Below, one piece after another: positions 1 to 13,603 of a stretch of 64,000 bases of DNA. The notes beneath the pieces were generated by a model. That model was not told the origin of the DNA. It ran no database searches and saw only the letters and a list, made by a program, of their open reading frames with translations. Positions within the stretch are counted from its first letter, which is position 1. Every line of letters begins with the position of its first letter. This DNA comes from Lama guanicoe. Its lineage: Eukaryota. The stretch lies in assembly GCA_013239625.1 (NCBI GenBank), contig MU054187.1, positions 17,848,711 to 17,912,710 on the forward strand, read 5' to 3'. The translations under genes were made by a program, and so were the position numbers.

Positions 1-667
1 CAATAGGCTGGTTGTCCAGGAAAGCTGATGCTGTAGTCTTGAGTCTGAAGGCAGTCTGGAGGCAGAATTCTTTCTTCTTTGGAAGAGCTCAGTCTTTACT
101 CTTACAGCCTTCAAGAGACTGAATGATGTCTTAGTCTGCTCAGGTTGCAATAACAAAATACCACAGACTAGGTGGCTTAGATAACATATTTATTTCTCAC
201 AGTTCTGGAGGCTGGAGAGTCCAAGATCAAGGTGTTAGTCAATCTGGTTCCTGGTGAGAACCTCCCTGCTGGCTTACAGGAATCATCTTCTCACTGTATC
301 CTCACACAATGGAGAGAGGAGGCTCTGGTGTCTCTTCCTCCTCTAATAATGGCACTAATCCCATCATGAATAGCTGTCCTTATGACCTCATCTAAAACTA
401 ATTACCTCCTACAGCCCCCACCTCCTAATACATTTGAGTTCAGGGTTTCAGTGTATGAATTTTGGGAATAACATACACTTCCAGTCCATAACAAATGAGG
501 ATCATCCACATCATAAAGGATCACTTAACCTGTTTTCCTCATAGTCTATTGATTTAAATGTTAATAACATCTAAACAATATCTTCACAGCATCATCTGAA
601 TTGCTGTTTGACCAAGTAACTGCAAAGCATAGCCTAGCCAAGTTGACACATAAAATTAACCATCATA
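1..667 (-). mobile_element. ERVL LTR (MLT2-like), split by a nested MLT1A-like LTR
   Basis: Ends in ...agccaagttgacacataaaattaaccatca, the reverse complement of the MLT2 start. The internal motif resumes after the insert. Confidence 0.75.
127..493 (-). mobile_element. MaLR solo LTR (MLT1A-like), full length
   Basis: TGT...ACA termini, MLT1A motifs (tttatttctcacagttctggaggctgg), and a perfect 5-bp TSD AATGA at 122-126 and 494-498. Confidence 0.85.
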
Positions 668-669
668 AT

Positions 670-1850
670 AATACTCCTCTTTATTATACTTTTAATATCT
701 GTGGAATGTAATGGCCCCTCTTTTATTTCTAACATTAGTAATTTATGTCTTCTTTCTTATATTCTTGGTTAGCCTGGATAGAGAGTGGTTTACCAATTTT
801 ATTTATCTTTGCAAAGAACCAGATATTGGTTTCATTGATTTTCTCTATTAATTTCTTGTTTTCAATTTCTTCAAAATTTTTTGCTAATTCTTTTCTTCTA
901 ATTAATTTAGTTTTAATTTGCTCTTTCTTTTCTATTCTCCTAATATGGAAGCTGAGAGAAGTAACTTATATCTTTCTTCTTTTTTAATATATGTATTCAG
1001 TGCACTAGGCACTGCTTTTACTGTGTCTCACAAATTTTATTAATTTGTATTTTCTTTTCATTTAGTTCAAAATACTTTTAAATTTCTCTGAGATTTCTTC
1101 TTTGAGCCACATGTTATCTAAAAGTGTGTTTTTAAATCTCCAAATATTGTGGGATTTTCCATCTATCTTTCTGTTGTTGATTTCCAGTTTAATTACATTT
1201 TGGTTTGAGAGGATAGTTTGCACAATTTCCATTTTTTTAATTTGTTAAAATATGTTCTGTGATTCAGAATGTGTTCAACCCTAGTGAAAATTCCATGTGA
1301 GCCTGCAAAAAATGGGCATTGTGTTCTTGTGGATGAATTATTTTACAAATGTCAATTAGGTGTGGTTAATTTATAGAGCTTTTTAGTTCAATTACATCCC
1401 TACTGATTTTCTGCCTGCTGAATCTTTCAGTTACTGGTAGGGGGTGTTGAATTCTTCAATTATGATAGTGGATTTATCAGCTTCTTCTTGCAGTTTATCA
1501 GTTTTTGCTCCCCAGATTTCAGTGCAGTTTTTAGGCACAATCGCATTAATGATTGTTATATTTTCTTGGAGAACTGACCCCTTTCTTAGTATGTAATGCC
1601 CCTGTTTATTCCTGGTAGTGTTTCTTATTCTGAAGTCTTCTTTATTCTGAAGTCTGCTTTGTCTGACATAAATATAGCTACTGCAGCTTTCTTTTGATTA
1701 GTATTAACATGGCATATCATTCTCCATTTTTTCACTTTTCATCTATGTATGTATTTATATTTAAAGTGGGTTTTTTGTAGATAACATATAGTTAGGTCTT
1801 ATTTTTTTTAATCTACTCAGAGAATCTCTGTCTTTTAATTGGTATATTTT
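670..1850 (-). mobile_element. Old LINE-1 fragment (ORF2 region)
   Basis: T-rich antisense L1 motifs (tttccagtttaattacattttggtttgagag; tatagctactgcagctttcttttgattagt). Confidence 0.8.
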
Positions 1851-2149
1851 AATTTAATTTTTATAACTTAAAATGTCATTAATAGAACAAAAAGACTCAT
1901 CTCTTAAAAGTTTACTCCTGTTAAATTGCAACTGCTTCAGTCATGCTGTTAAATTTTGTACACAGGAAATGTGTTTTATCTTCTAGCATAACTTGATTTA
2001 GTAAAGAATTTACCTTTTATTTTAGTCAATTTAAATATTTTCTCTGTTAACTACAATTTTTTAAACAATATATTTATAGATACTTCTAAAATAATCTTTG
2101 ATTGCAATTTGATCATTTTTCTTAGCTGCCTCTGTTAGCAAACCAATCA

Positions 2150-2730
2150 AATGCAAGATCAAAGTCTGATCGGTATTAAGGGAGAGAGACTTTAAAGTAT
2201 TAAAGAGTTACTGAAAAGGAGAGAAAGAGTATCAGATTTGAATTTTGGGAAGATAACCCAAGTGCCAATGAAGAGGACAGATGCATACAGGAGGTAGGGA
2301 GATCAGCCAGGGGTCTACTGAAGGCTACAGAAGTGGTTCCAGTAAAATTTGATGACTACTTGAACTCAAGCTAAGGTAGTGGAGGTTAACAGAGTAAATA
2401 ACTCATACACGTGTTAAGGAGATATACTCTGTAGGATTTGGTGATGGGTGAAACGAAGGAGTAAGGGTGTCAAGAGTGATTCCAGGCTTTCCTGACTAAA
2501 TGATTGAGCAAGTACTGTTCCCTAAGACAGAGAATGTAGATGGAGGAACACGCTAAAAGTGATGATAATTAGTCTTTAATTATGCATGATCTCCCACAGT
2601 ACATCAGGGTAGAGATTTCTAATTGGTATTAGAATTGAATGGTTCTAAAGTTCACGGAAGAGGTACAGATCTGAGGTTATTTGAAAATTATCTATGCCAA
2701 GATGGAAGTTAAATCTGTGAGGGTTGCTGG
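2150..2730. mobile_element. LINE-2 fragment
   Basis: Purine-rich degenerate L2-type motifs (gagtgattccaggctttc; gagacagagaatgtagatggaggaaca). Confidence 0.55.
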
Positions 2731-3319
2731 AATAGAGACACAAAGATATTGGAAATTGTAAAAGCCAATTATAACTTATTAGTCATTAGACCTTATAATT
2801 TAATAACATAAAGGACAGCTCTTTTTATGCCTGCAACTAGACATACCTAGAAAGTATTTGGCCTTCTCTAACAGCCTTTATATTTTTAACCAGACTTTGC
2901 TGTGCTGACTAAGAGTTACATCATTCAATCATGAGTTATGTTTAGGCAAAACAATTTTTTATGTATAAAGTAGTATTGTGTAACATCTAAAACTAGTTTG
3001 TATTAGGATCAGAAAAGTATCTGACATTTGACTCATAACAAATTTCCAAACAAACATGTTCAAGAAAAAAGACTTCTTAGCCTATTTGAAACAAGTTCTG
3101 GGTTTCCATTAATTTATGGTGTTGATTTACAGCTCACAAATTATTTATTATATATTATTACAATTAATATTATTATTATATGAAAAACTACTCTGTGTGT
3201 TGGATACAAAGATGAATCAAACGTAAACAGTCCTTCAGATACTTATAGACTTGTATGGGGAAGTAAGCCACAAACTTAGCGAAGTATACAAGGAGTACAG
3301 AGTTAAAGATCACAGACAA

Positions 3320-3860
3320 TTTTAAAATAAAATTAAGAAAACAATTCCACTTACACCAACATCAAAGACACATAAAATATTTAGGAATAAATTTAACAAA
3401 ATGAGCTCAAAGCTTACAGTCTGAAAATGACAAAATATTGTTGAAAGAAATTTTAAAAGATCTAAATAAATGGAAAAAAATATCCCATGTTCATGGATCA
3501 GAAGCATTATTATGCAATGTTAAAAAGACAGTACCTATCAAATTGCTCTATAGGTGGAATAAAATCCTTGGCAAAATCCCAACCGACTTCTTTTTAGAAA
3601 TTAACAAGGCGGTCCTAAAATTAATATGGAATTGCAAGGGACAGAAATAGCCAAAACAATCTTGAAAAAGAACAAACCAGAGGTACTCACACTTTCTGCT
3701 TTCAAACTTTACTCCAAAGCAATGATAATAAAGACAGTGTGATACTGGAATGTAACTGAAGAGTCCAGAAATAAACCCATACATCCTTGGTCAACTGATT
3801 TTTGACAAGGGTGCTAGGACTATTCAATAAGGGAAAGAAGAGTCTTTTCTTCTCCAACTG
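3320..3860 (+). mobile_element. Old LINE-1 ORF2 fragment
   Basis: Translates to MLKEILKDLNKWKKI...LKLIWNCKG, an L1 ORF2 motif, with frameshifts. Confidence 0.85.
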
Positions 3861-4649
3861 TAGTTTATTTGTTGCCTTGTAAGATAACTGTCTCTGAATA
3901 AATTTCACTCCAGTCTTTGATTATATGGCCATTGGAGACTGACAGTTTATTATTATTTTATTATTACTGTTATTCTTTAGAAGCATAATGTTTAACACAG
4001 AGCATTTCATATAGTAGAGGACTGATAAATATTTATAAAAGGAGGAATATAATCAATTTCAGGCCAGTAATAGGGAAAAGGAGGAAGGGAAAGAAGAAAA
4101 TAAAATGTGATTTTTTTTTTCCATGTCTCAAAAAATTTGAGCAGTATAATAGACCCCAGAGATAATTTATAGGGGATTGAAAAGTGCCAAAGAGGTTAAA
4201 TGAAGTATATAAGATCACAGTGCTTGCTAATAACAAAGCTAGTAACTAAATTAGGTCTTCTGATCCTTCACTCAGTGTCCCTTACACTGCACTGCAATGC
4301 TGTTTCACAGAAAAGCAATCTAATCAAGGCTGTCAATGAAAATATATTTTCCCATGCTGCAGAAGATTGCTTTATTTATCCTTAAAATAGATGTTTAATC
4401 ATGGATTCTAAAATGAAAAGGGGTAACTTTAAAATAATGGCTAATTGAATGTATGGTCTGTTTTTTAGTTACTTGGCTGAGCTAAATACTGAAAATCAAA
4501 CCAACCTCTTAGCAGCCGATACCTAGAGTGTAATACACAGCTTTGCAGACCTGATGCAATAGAATTTAAGTGTCAGACTGAAATCAGGGTATTATTTTAA
4601 ATTCTATTCGTAAGAATTTCTGAATTCTTTCCATGTGAGTCAGGGACAT

Positions 4650-4790
4650 GCATGAAGTTATCCAGTGGAATTCCCAGATCATGAAAATTCCTCAAAAATC
4701 AGAGTCTCTAGGAGTAGGGCCCAGCAATTTGTGTTTTAATGAAACTTTCAGTTCATTCTGAAGCACCCTAAAGTTATGAATCACTGCCTT
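4650..4790. mobile_element. MER5-like DNA transposon
   Basis: aatcagagtctctaggagtagggcccagcaatttgtgttttaa resembles MER5A. Confidence 0.55.
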
Positions 4791-5309
4791 GGTCCACACA
4801 CATCGATAATCCTCATCTAAATTACTGAAGGTGTTTCCCACTGTCTCCTTGCTTTCCATTCTAAGCCACAAATTATCTACATCATTGCCAGAAACCAGTT
4901 ATAAGATGAAAATCTGATGGTGTTAGTCTTCATTCATTCATCAAATATTTATTGAGACTTCTAGCCCTTTGGGATACAGCAGTGAACACAAAGGACAAAG
5001 ATTCCTATTCTTGTGGTGCTTATATTCAGTGTCTTTCCCTGCTCCAAACTCCTCAGTGACTTCCTGGTACTTAGAAAGAAAGTCCAAATTCCTTTGTATG
5101 ATGATGGGCACAGGACTCAGTGGTCCAGGCTTCCTCTGAGGGTTTGGTTCTCATCTTGCATCCCCACAACCCAACTGCACCATGCCAGTTGGTTTCTTAC
5201 TGACATTCCTTTACAAGATGATCTATCCCCTCCCTGCGGGAGCACCCCCCCCCAACTCTGCTCTGCTCCTTTTGGCAAAATCTACATGTGTTTTAAGATT
5301 CAAGAATCA

Positions 5310-8300
5310 CGTGTGACCAAAACTCACAGAAGAAGAAATAGATGATCTTAATAGTCCTATTGTATAGTCCTATTCAATGTATCTATTGAAGAAATTGAAT
5401 CAATAATTAATAACCTTCCAAAACAGAAATCACCAGGTCCAGATGGGTGCATGGGTGAATTCTAACGAATATTTAAAGAAGACATTAGGCCAATTCTCTA
5501 TAATCTCTTTCAGAGGATAGAACACTTCCTAACTCATTCTATGAGACCAGCATTACTTTAATACTAAAACCAGACAAAGACATAACAAGAAAAGAAAACT
5601 ACAGGCTAATATCTCTCATGAACATAGATGCAAAAATTCTCAAAATATAAGCATATCAAATCCAGAAAAACATGAAAAGAATTATATGCCACAAGCAGGG
5701 GGGTTTATTCCATGCATGCAAAGCTGATTCAACAATGGAAAATCAATTAATGTAATCCATCACATAAACAAACTTTTAAAAAAAAATCACATGATCTTAT
5801 TATTTGCTGCAGAAAAAGCACTTGGCAGAATCCAACACCCATTCATGAAAAACCTCTCAACAAACTAGAAAAGAGGGAACTTCCTCATCTTAACAAAGAC
5901 TATGCAAAAAATCTATAGCTGATGTCTTACTTAATGGTAAAGAACACGAAATTTTCCCGCTAAGCAGGTAGAAGGCAAGGATGTTTCCTCACACCACTCC
6001 TTTTCAACAGTGTGCTGGAAGTCTTTGCTAATGCTCCTACCAAATGATGGGATTATCAATAGAAGCCAATAAAAGAATGGCAAAGAATCTTGAGGATGAT
6101 AGGGAGAAGATTTCCTTAAGCTGATCACCACTCTGTCCACTGTCATTGTTTTTGTCCATGCCTCAGACTTGGCTGTGCTTGAAAGTGTGTTTTGTGGTGT
6201 TTTGTGGTTTTTTGTGGAGTTTTGTGGTTTAATTATTGCACAGAGGCATGGCATCACCAGAGTTTTGTACTGTATTTAAATTCTAAAGTTTTGTAATAAC
6301 GGAATGCCTTAAAAATGTAAACAATTCATGGAATAAATATCAACAATTGACCTAGTATAAGTGATGAGGACCCCTAAGAGCCAAAACAATCTTAAAAATG
6401 AAGAAAGTAGTTCGAGGACTCACACTTCCAATTTTAAAACTAACTACTGAGCTGCCATGATCAAGACTTGTGGTACTGACATAAAAACAATGGAATGGAA
6501 TTGAAAATCCAGAAATAAACCCATATATTTTGGTACAATTGATTATCAATAAAGGTGCCAAGACAATTCATTGGAGAAAATAGTCTTTTCAACAAAAGGC
6601 ATAGGAACAACTGGAAAAGAATGAAGTTGGATCCCTTCCTCATATGTGTACATACGTTAACTAAAAATATATCAAATACCTAAATATGAACCAAAATTAT
6701 AATACTGTTAGAAAAAAATATAGGCATAAATCTTTGTGACCTTGGATTAGGCAATACTTTCTTAAATATGACGTCAAAAGCATTACCAAAAACAGAAAGC
6801 ATGACTTCATCAAAATAAGCCTTTGTACTTCAAAGGACAACATAAAGAAAGTGAAGACAACCCACAGGATGGGAGAAAATATTTGCAAATTGCAAATCTG
6901 ATAAAATGCTCTAGTATCCAGAATATATAAAAAATTCTCACAACCAAACAATAAAAAGAGATTCCAATTTATTTTTAAATTGTTTATCCTCTTAATAGAT
7001 TTTATTTTTATTTTTTATTAAAGTATAGTTGATTGACAATGTTGTGCTAATTTCTGGTGTATAGCGTAGTGATTCAGTTATACAGATATATATTCTTTCT
7101 CATTATAGGTTACTACAAGATATTGAATGTAGTTCCCTGTGCTATGCAGTAGGTCCTTGTGGTTTATCCATTTTATATATAGTAGTTTGTATCTGCAAAT
7201 CTCAAAATCCTAATTTATCCCTCCCCCTGACACCACTTTCCCCTTTGTTAACCATAAGTTTGTTTCCTATGTCTGTGAGTCTCTTTCTCTTTTGTAAATA
7301 AGTTCATTTATATCATTTTTTTAGGATACACATATATTTAGGATTCCACATATAAATGGTACCATATATTTGTCTTTCTCTGTATGACTTACTTCACTTG
7401 GTAAGAATAATCTCTAGGTCCATCCATGTTGCTGGAAATGGCATTATTTCATTATTTTTTATGGCTGAGTAGTATTTCACTCTCTCCCTGTGTATATACC
7501 ACATCTGCTTTATCCATTCATCTGTCTGTGGACATTTAGGTTGCTTCCATGTCTTGGCTATCATTAACAGTGCTGCTATGAACATCACTGTGTATGTATC
7601 TTTTCAAATTGGAGTTTTCTCTGGATGTATGCCCAAGAGTGGGATTGCTGGATCATATGGTAAGTCTATTTTTTAGTTTTTTAAGGAATCTCCATACTGT
7701 TTTCCATAATGGCTGCACCAAATTACATTCCGAACAGTGTAGGGGGGTTCACTTTTCTCCACACTCTCTCCAGTGTTTATTGTTTATGGTCTTTGATGGG
7801 GTTTGATGGTGGCCATTCTGAGCAGTGTGAGGTGATGCCTCATTGTAGGTTTGATTTGCATTTCTCTGATAATTAGTGATATTGAGCATCTTTTCGTGTG
7901 CCTATTGGCCATCTAGATGTCTTCTTTGAAGAAATGTCGATTTAGGTCTCCTGCCTATTTTTTGATTGGTTTGTTTTTTTGTTATTGAGTTGTATGAACT
8001 CTTTGTATATTTTGGAAATAAAGCCCTTGTCAGTCACATCATTTGCAAATATTTTCTCCCAGTCTGTAGGTTGAAAAGACAACCCAATGTAAAAGTGGGC
8101 AAAAATTTGAAAAAAAATTCTTCAAAGAAGATACATAAATGTATGCTGTATCAATAATAACAGTCAATATTGAAGAGATGATTGACTTCATTCATTATCA
8201 GGGAAATGTAAACCAAAGGAACAGTGAGATATCATTTCACACCCACCAGGATGACTAAAGTTAAAAACAGACAATAAGTTTTGGTGAGGATTTGGACAAA

Positions 8301-8910
8301 CTGGAATGCTTACACACTGCTGATGTGAGTGCTCATACACTGCTGGTGTGGTGCTGGTGTGAGTGGCCGCACCACTCTGGAAATAGTTTGGTATTTCCTA
8401 AAAAGTTAAACAAAGAGTTACCATATGACCCAGCAATTCCACCTGTAGGTATGTATCAAAGAGAATTGCACAAAAACTTGTACAACCAACATTTGAAGCC
8501 AAAGAGTTGAAACAACTCAAATGTCCATCAGCTGATGAATGGACAAACAAAATGTGGTAAATCCATTCAATAGATTATTGATCTATAAGAAGAAATGAAG
8601 TACTGATTCATGCTATAATATGTGTGAACTTTGAAAACATTATGCTAAGTGAAAGATGCCCAATACTAAAGGCTACATATTGTATTATTCCATTTATATG
8701 AAATACCCAGAAGAGATAGATCAGTAGAGACAGAAAGTAGATTAATGGCTACCAGTGTCCAGTGATGGGGAATGGAAAGTTACTGCTAATGGTTTTATCA
8801 TTCTTCAAGGTGATGAAAATGTTCTAGAAGTAGATAGTTGTTGTGAATATACTTAAAGTCACTAAATTGTACACTTTAAGAAGTATATTGAAGTTTATCT
8901 CAATGCAAAA
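5310..8910 (+). mobile_element. Fragmented L1 (RT region to 3' end, L1MB-like) with internal inserts
   Basis: RT-region motifs at 5420-6035 (ccaggtccagatggg; aacatagatgcaaaaattctc), ORF2 C-terminal part at 6365-6970, and 3' UTR at 8070-8910 ending A-rich. Confidence 0.85.
6975..8072 (-). mobile_element. Younger L1 3' end inserted in opposite orientation inside the older L1
   Basis: T-rich tail then aagtatagttgattgacaatgttgtg. ORF 7394..7588 MFIAALLMIAKTWKQPKCP is the L1 ORF2 C-terminus. Degenerate flanking duplication aaaagagattccaat / aaaagacaacccaat. Confidence 0.85.
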
Positions 8911-9544
8911 TAAACAAACAAAAACATAAATGATGAATAAATGTAAAAAAAGTCAATGTCACTAGCAACCAAAAAAATGGTTGTTTTTCCATTGCATTGG
9001 CAGATATTATCAAAAATAAAAATACTCAATGCTAAGAAAGATGATCTCATATAGTGCTGTAAGAACTGTAAATTGATAGGTCCTTTCTGGAAAATGATTT
9101 GGTAATATATATTAAGAAGCTTAAAATGCTGGCTCTATTTAACTTAGTCACCCCAGTTCTAGGAATCTGCATTCCTTATTTAGTACACCATATACAAAAG
9201 GGGCCATTATTTATTAAAAACCTCCCATTCCTTCTGAGGTAGGTAGAAAAATGAGTCTCACCCTTACCCTACACCTTATTTGGTCTCTATGTAATAGTTC
9301 CCATCATTTCTGTTTTCTTCCTTCTACAACTAATTCTACAACTAATTACTGGTCTGCTCTGGATGATTTTAACAGTATTCAAAACATCTGTTCAGCTCCC
9401 TATCACCTTTTCCTGCAGTTCAACTGGTCCAGTCACCCTCTTGCTGTTCCTGATACCCTTCTTTCATTATGTTATCATCACAACTCTCTATCACGTGTTC
9501 TCCCTCAAAGAACCAGGGCTATTTCCTGTTTTGCCTCATAATAA

Positions 9545-9705
9545 TGAGGGCTTTTCCTGGGTTTGAATTCTGGGTTTGATTCAGGTCTCAGTTTCCTCAT
9601 TGCATGGTGTTGTCATAAGAATTATATAATCAATACACAGAAAGTGCTTGGAGCAGTGCTGGCACCGAGTGAAATCTGAATGTGTGTTAGTTATTATTAT
9701 CACCT
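9545..9705. mobile_element. MIR SINE
   Basis: Core motif tctcagtttcctcat...aaagtgcttggagcagtgctggcac. Confidence 0.7.
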
Positions 9706-10629
9706 CGTAGAGATACTGTAATGCTCAAATAGGATACTGTGTGTGAAACTGTTTTGTATTGTACCGCCATTATCATTTTGTATTATAGTGACATGTGTAT
9801 CCCTCACCCTCATAGATTATAGAAAAACAAGGACTATTACTTATTTTTAGTGGCTCACATTTCACATAATAAATGCTCAAAATTTAAATTTTAATTAAAT
9901 GTTACTTTGATAATCAGATCACTACTGACCCTTGGTTATGTCTAAATACCATCATATCAAGGCCACTCACAGTCTTGCTATAACATATGTTTCCACTCAT
10001 GCCTTCCACTATGTCAGGGGTGTTTTCAAAGCTGAGTCCACAATGGACAATCCACTGCAGTGTGGGAGGAAAATTTTTAGAAATTCTATCTACATTTAGT
10101 TTTTTTCTCATCTTTTCATTTTCATTACATTTTCTCAAATTTTCATTATTTGGTATATACCATTACTCATGGATGCAAAATTACTATGAAATTGCTAAAA
10201 CGTGTAAATAAATGCTAAATGTATATTGGAAGTGCAGGTTCAAAATATTTTTACTAACGCGGTGTACTGTCTAAAAAGTCTGGTGATCTTCACAGTATCC
10301 TACAACATGGTTTCTCTCCTAGTGCCAGACAGCTCCTCCTAGAACACAGTTTATCTCTCTTTGTTTCCGAATCTGACTCACAGCCAGCCTGTCTCAAATG
10401 ACAGTATGGCAGCCACTCCTTTTCAAGCTGCAACTTGCGCTCTTCACACCAAGACTTAACCATCACCAAATGTAAGCTGCTGAAAAGAAGGGCTTATATC
10501 TGGTCCATCATTGCAACTACTTCCAAACCCCTTCCACCCTCCATGCCAAAGGGTTTTCCATAATAACTGGCACGTAACAGGCTCTACATAAATGGTTGCT
10601 GAATAAATAAACTGACACAGAGATTGCTA

Positions 10630-10830
10630 CTGGGAAGCCGGGGAGTGTGCTGGTTAACAGGAGAGGCTGAGATCCTGGCTCTGCCTCGTGAGTGGGTGGC
10701 CCCAAGCCTTAGATCTTTCCTCTGTGAAATGAAGGTGATAAGAGTACCTCTCTCACAGGGGCGTTGTGAGCGTTAAATTAGTCAACACCTGGAACATAAA
10801 AAGCACTTCTTAAAGGCTAGTATTATTATG
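10630..10830. mobile_element. MIR SINE
   Basis: tctgtgaaatgaaggtgataagagtacctctctcacagggg core. Confidence 0.7.
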
Positions 10831-11729
10831 GTCTCCCTGAGATTTAAACCCAGTAATGCCTGTAAAGCATCTAATACACGCTGGGTAAGTGACTGAATCT
10901 TCTCTACCTGTCAGGCTGATAGAATAATTCTTTGTGACTTTCCCCTTTTCTCAAATTTATTACCTCATGTTGATAGAAATCTTGAGATGATCGTGGTGCT
11001 ATTCACTTGGGTTAATTTGTTCATACACTGTTCTGTGTCTTGTAAAATAATTTCCTTAAGCAGAGGAGCCACAGTTTGCTTTGTGAATAGCGTCGCTGTT
11101 GCTGCTGCTGCTCCTGTTGTTGCCGTGTATTCTAAGGAGATAGGCTGCTTTCTATTTCCAGAAAAGACGTGCTATCAATCTGGTGGATAAAATTCTCCTC
11201 CTTTTGAATTGCCAACAGCATCTTTTCTTTTTTTTTTTTGCAGAGTTTTACACACATATCATTATTTAGAAATGTTGTAGAACTAATAATAGTTGATTCC
11301 CTACCCAGATGATAACATTAAATTAAAAAAAATTATCTTGATGGAAAAAGATTAATTTAGTAGATTAATTAATGCAGAAAATGTCAAAATTTTATGAAAT
11401 ATGAAATGGAGCAATTAGCATTTAGTGTGCACTTTTTTTTTCTTGTCAGTGAGCAAAATGGTTCTCTGTGGTACAGTGTTTAATAACATCTTGAATTTCC
11501 CACGTCCCTCCAAGAGGGGCAACACTGAATTTCCCAAAGCGGTATGCCACTTCAGTCTGAGTATTTGGAGAAGACAGTAGAGTGGAAGGAGGAGAAAAAT
11601 TAGATAATTTCTCCCACCTTATGAACATTTAAGAGGGTTTTTCTTTGTCATTTGGGTCTTCAAGTACTCATTACTGCTAAATCAACATATCCCATTATAT
11701 TAATACAGCTCTTAAACTGTAAAAAAAAA

Positions 11730-13110
11730 TTAATTTTTGTAGATAACATGATTGCCTATGTAGAAAACCCCAAAGAATCAAGAGCAGCAACAACAATAAA
11801 CAACAACACCACCACCTGGGAGAAAGCAATCACAGCTAGGCTGCAGGATACGAGGTTAATATACAGAAGTCAATTGTTCCCCTGTATACCTACAATGAAT
11901 ATTTGGAATTTGAAATTCAAAACACAACACAGTTTACAACAGCATCAAAAATACGAAAATACTTAAATACAGCTCTAGCAAAATACGAACAGAATCTGTA
12001 TGAGGAAAAGTAAAAAACTCTGATGAAAGAAAGTTTTCTAAAAATCTAAATAAATAGAAAGATAGTCTATAATCATGGATAAGAAGATTCAGTGCTGTTA
12101 CGATGTCAGTTAAGATGTGACTTCAGATACCTCACCAAAGAAGACACATAGATGGCAATAAGTATATGAAAAGATGCTCAACATCATATGACATTAAGGA
12201 ATTGCTAGTTAAAACTACAATGAGGTACCATGACACACCAATTAGAATGGCTAAAACTTAAATCACTGACAACACCAAATGCTGACAAAGTTGTGAAGCA
12301 TCAGGAGCTCTCACTCATTGCTGGTAAGAATGCAAAATGGTACAGTGACTTTGGAAGACAGTATGGCAGTTTAATACAAAGCTAAACATAGTCTTACCAT
12401 ATGATCCAGCAATCATTCTCCTACGTATTTATCCAAACGAGTTGAAAAGGTATGTCCACACAAAATCCTGCACACGAATGTTTACAGAAGCTTTATTCAT
12501 AATTGCCAAACTTCAGAAGCAACCAAGACATATCCTTCAGTCAGTGAATGGAGAAACAAACTGTGGTGCATCCATTCAATGGAATTTTATTCAATAATGA
12601 AATGAGTTATCAAGCCACAAAGAGTCATGGAAGAACCTTTAATATACATTGCTAAGTGAAAGAATCTAAAGGAGCTACATACTGCATGACTCCAGCTGTA
12701 CGACATTCGAGAAAGGTGAACCACAGAGACCATAAACAGATCTGTGGTCGCCATGAGTTCAAGGAAAGGGAGAGAAGGGTGAATCAGTGGAGGACAGGAG
12801 ATTTTTAAGGGCAGCGAAACTATTCTGTATGATACTGTGATGGTGGATACATGACACCATGCATTTGTCAAAACCCATAGAACTGTGAGACACAATAAGT
12901 AAACCCTGATTGATGTCAACTATGCCCTTTAATTCATAATAATGTATCACTTTGGGTTCATCAGTTGTAACTAATGTACCACACAAGTGCAAGATGTTAA
13001 TAATAGGGGAAATTGTGCTGAGAATGGGTACATAGGAATTCTCTACTTTCTCCTCAGCTTTTTTGTAAAAGTTGTAAACCCAAAATTACTTTAAAAACTA
13101 ATCTCTATTA
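11730..13110 (+). mobile_element. L1MC-like fragment (ORF2 piece plus 3' end)
   Basis: FVDNMIAYVENPKES is a degenerate FADDMI RT motif; the 3' UTR motif gcatttgtcaaaacccatagaactgt follows. Confidence 0.8.
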
Positions 13111-13603
13111 TCAATGTCCATAGCAAGTAAAAAAATAACTCACAGCCAATTTTATATATACACACATGTATAAAAATATGCAATATATATGCATATACAC
13201 ACATTCAGATAAAATAAAATAACTATACATCTCTTTTCATGATCATTTTAAACGTCAAATCCTGTTATTTTCCCTCTCCTAATATAATGCTTTTACAGAG
13301 ACCATCAATAGGAGGTGAGGAAATGCACATAGTTATGCTAAATTGTTTACAAACATTGTAGTAGTGAAGGAAACCAAGATTTAGAAGGATAATTGTGAGA
13401 GTCTGAAGGTCTATGAAAGAATTATTTTTAAAGATTGTAATAATGCCAACTCTAAAATATATTATAAGCAGCTCATTCACTTTTATTCTTTAGTTACTTC
13501 ACTATCTTTCAAGAAATATAAACACTTGAGTATGAAACTGAACGCCAACAGTCCATATCAAATTTTCCCAATGAGTTAAAATGTGAGGAAAAGAAACACG
13601 TAC

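Larger units (their letters stand above)
1..13603 (-). other. IL7: IL7 intron 2 (partial; continues beyond window start)
   Basis: Donor gtacgt at 13603. No IL-7 exon 3 peptide (DSNCLNNE-like) recognised in 1-13603, which is mostly repeats. IL7 intron 2 is known to be large. Confidence 0.85.

Noticed and set aside
5310..8910. Active reverse-transcriptase element or novel RT system
   Set aside because: Fragmented, frameshifted L1 ORF2 with deletions and nested insertions; an ordinary fossil LINE-1.
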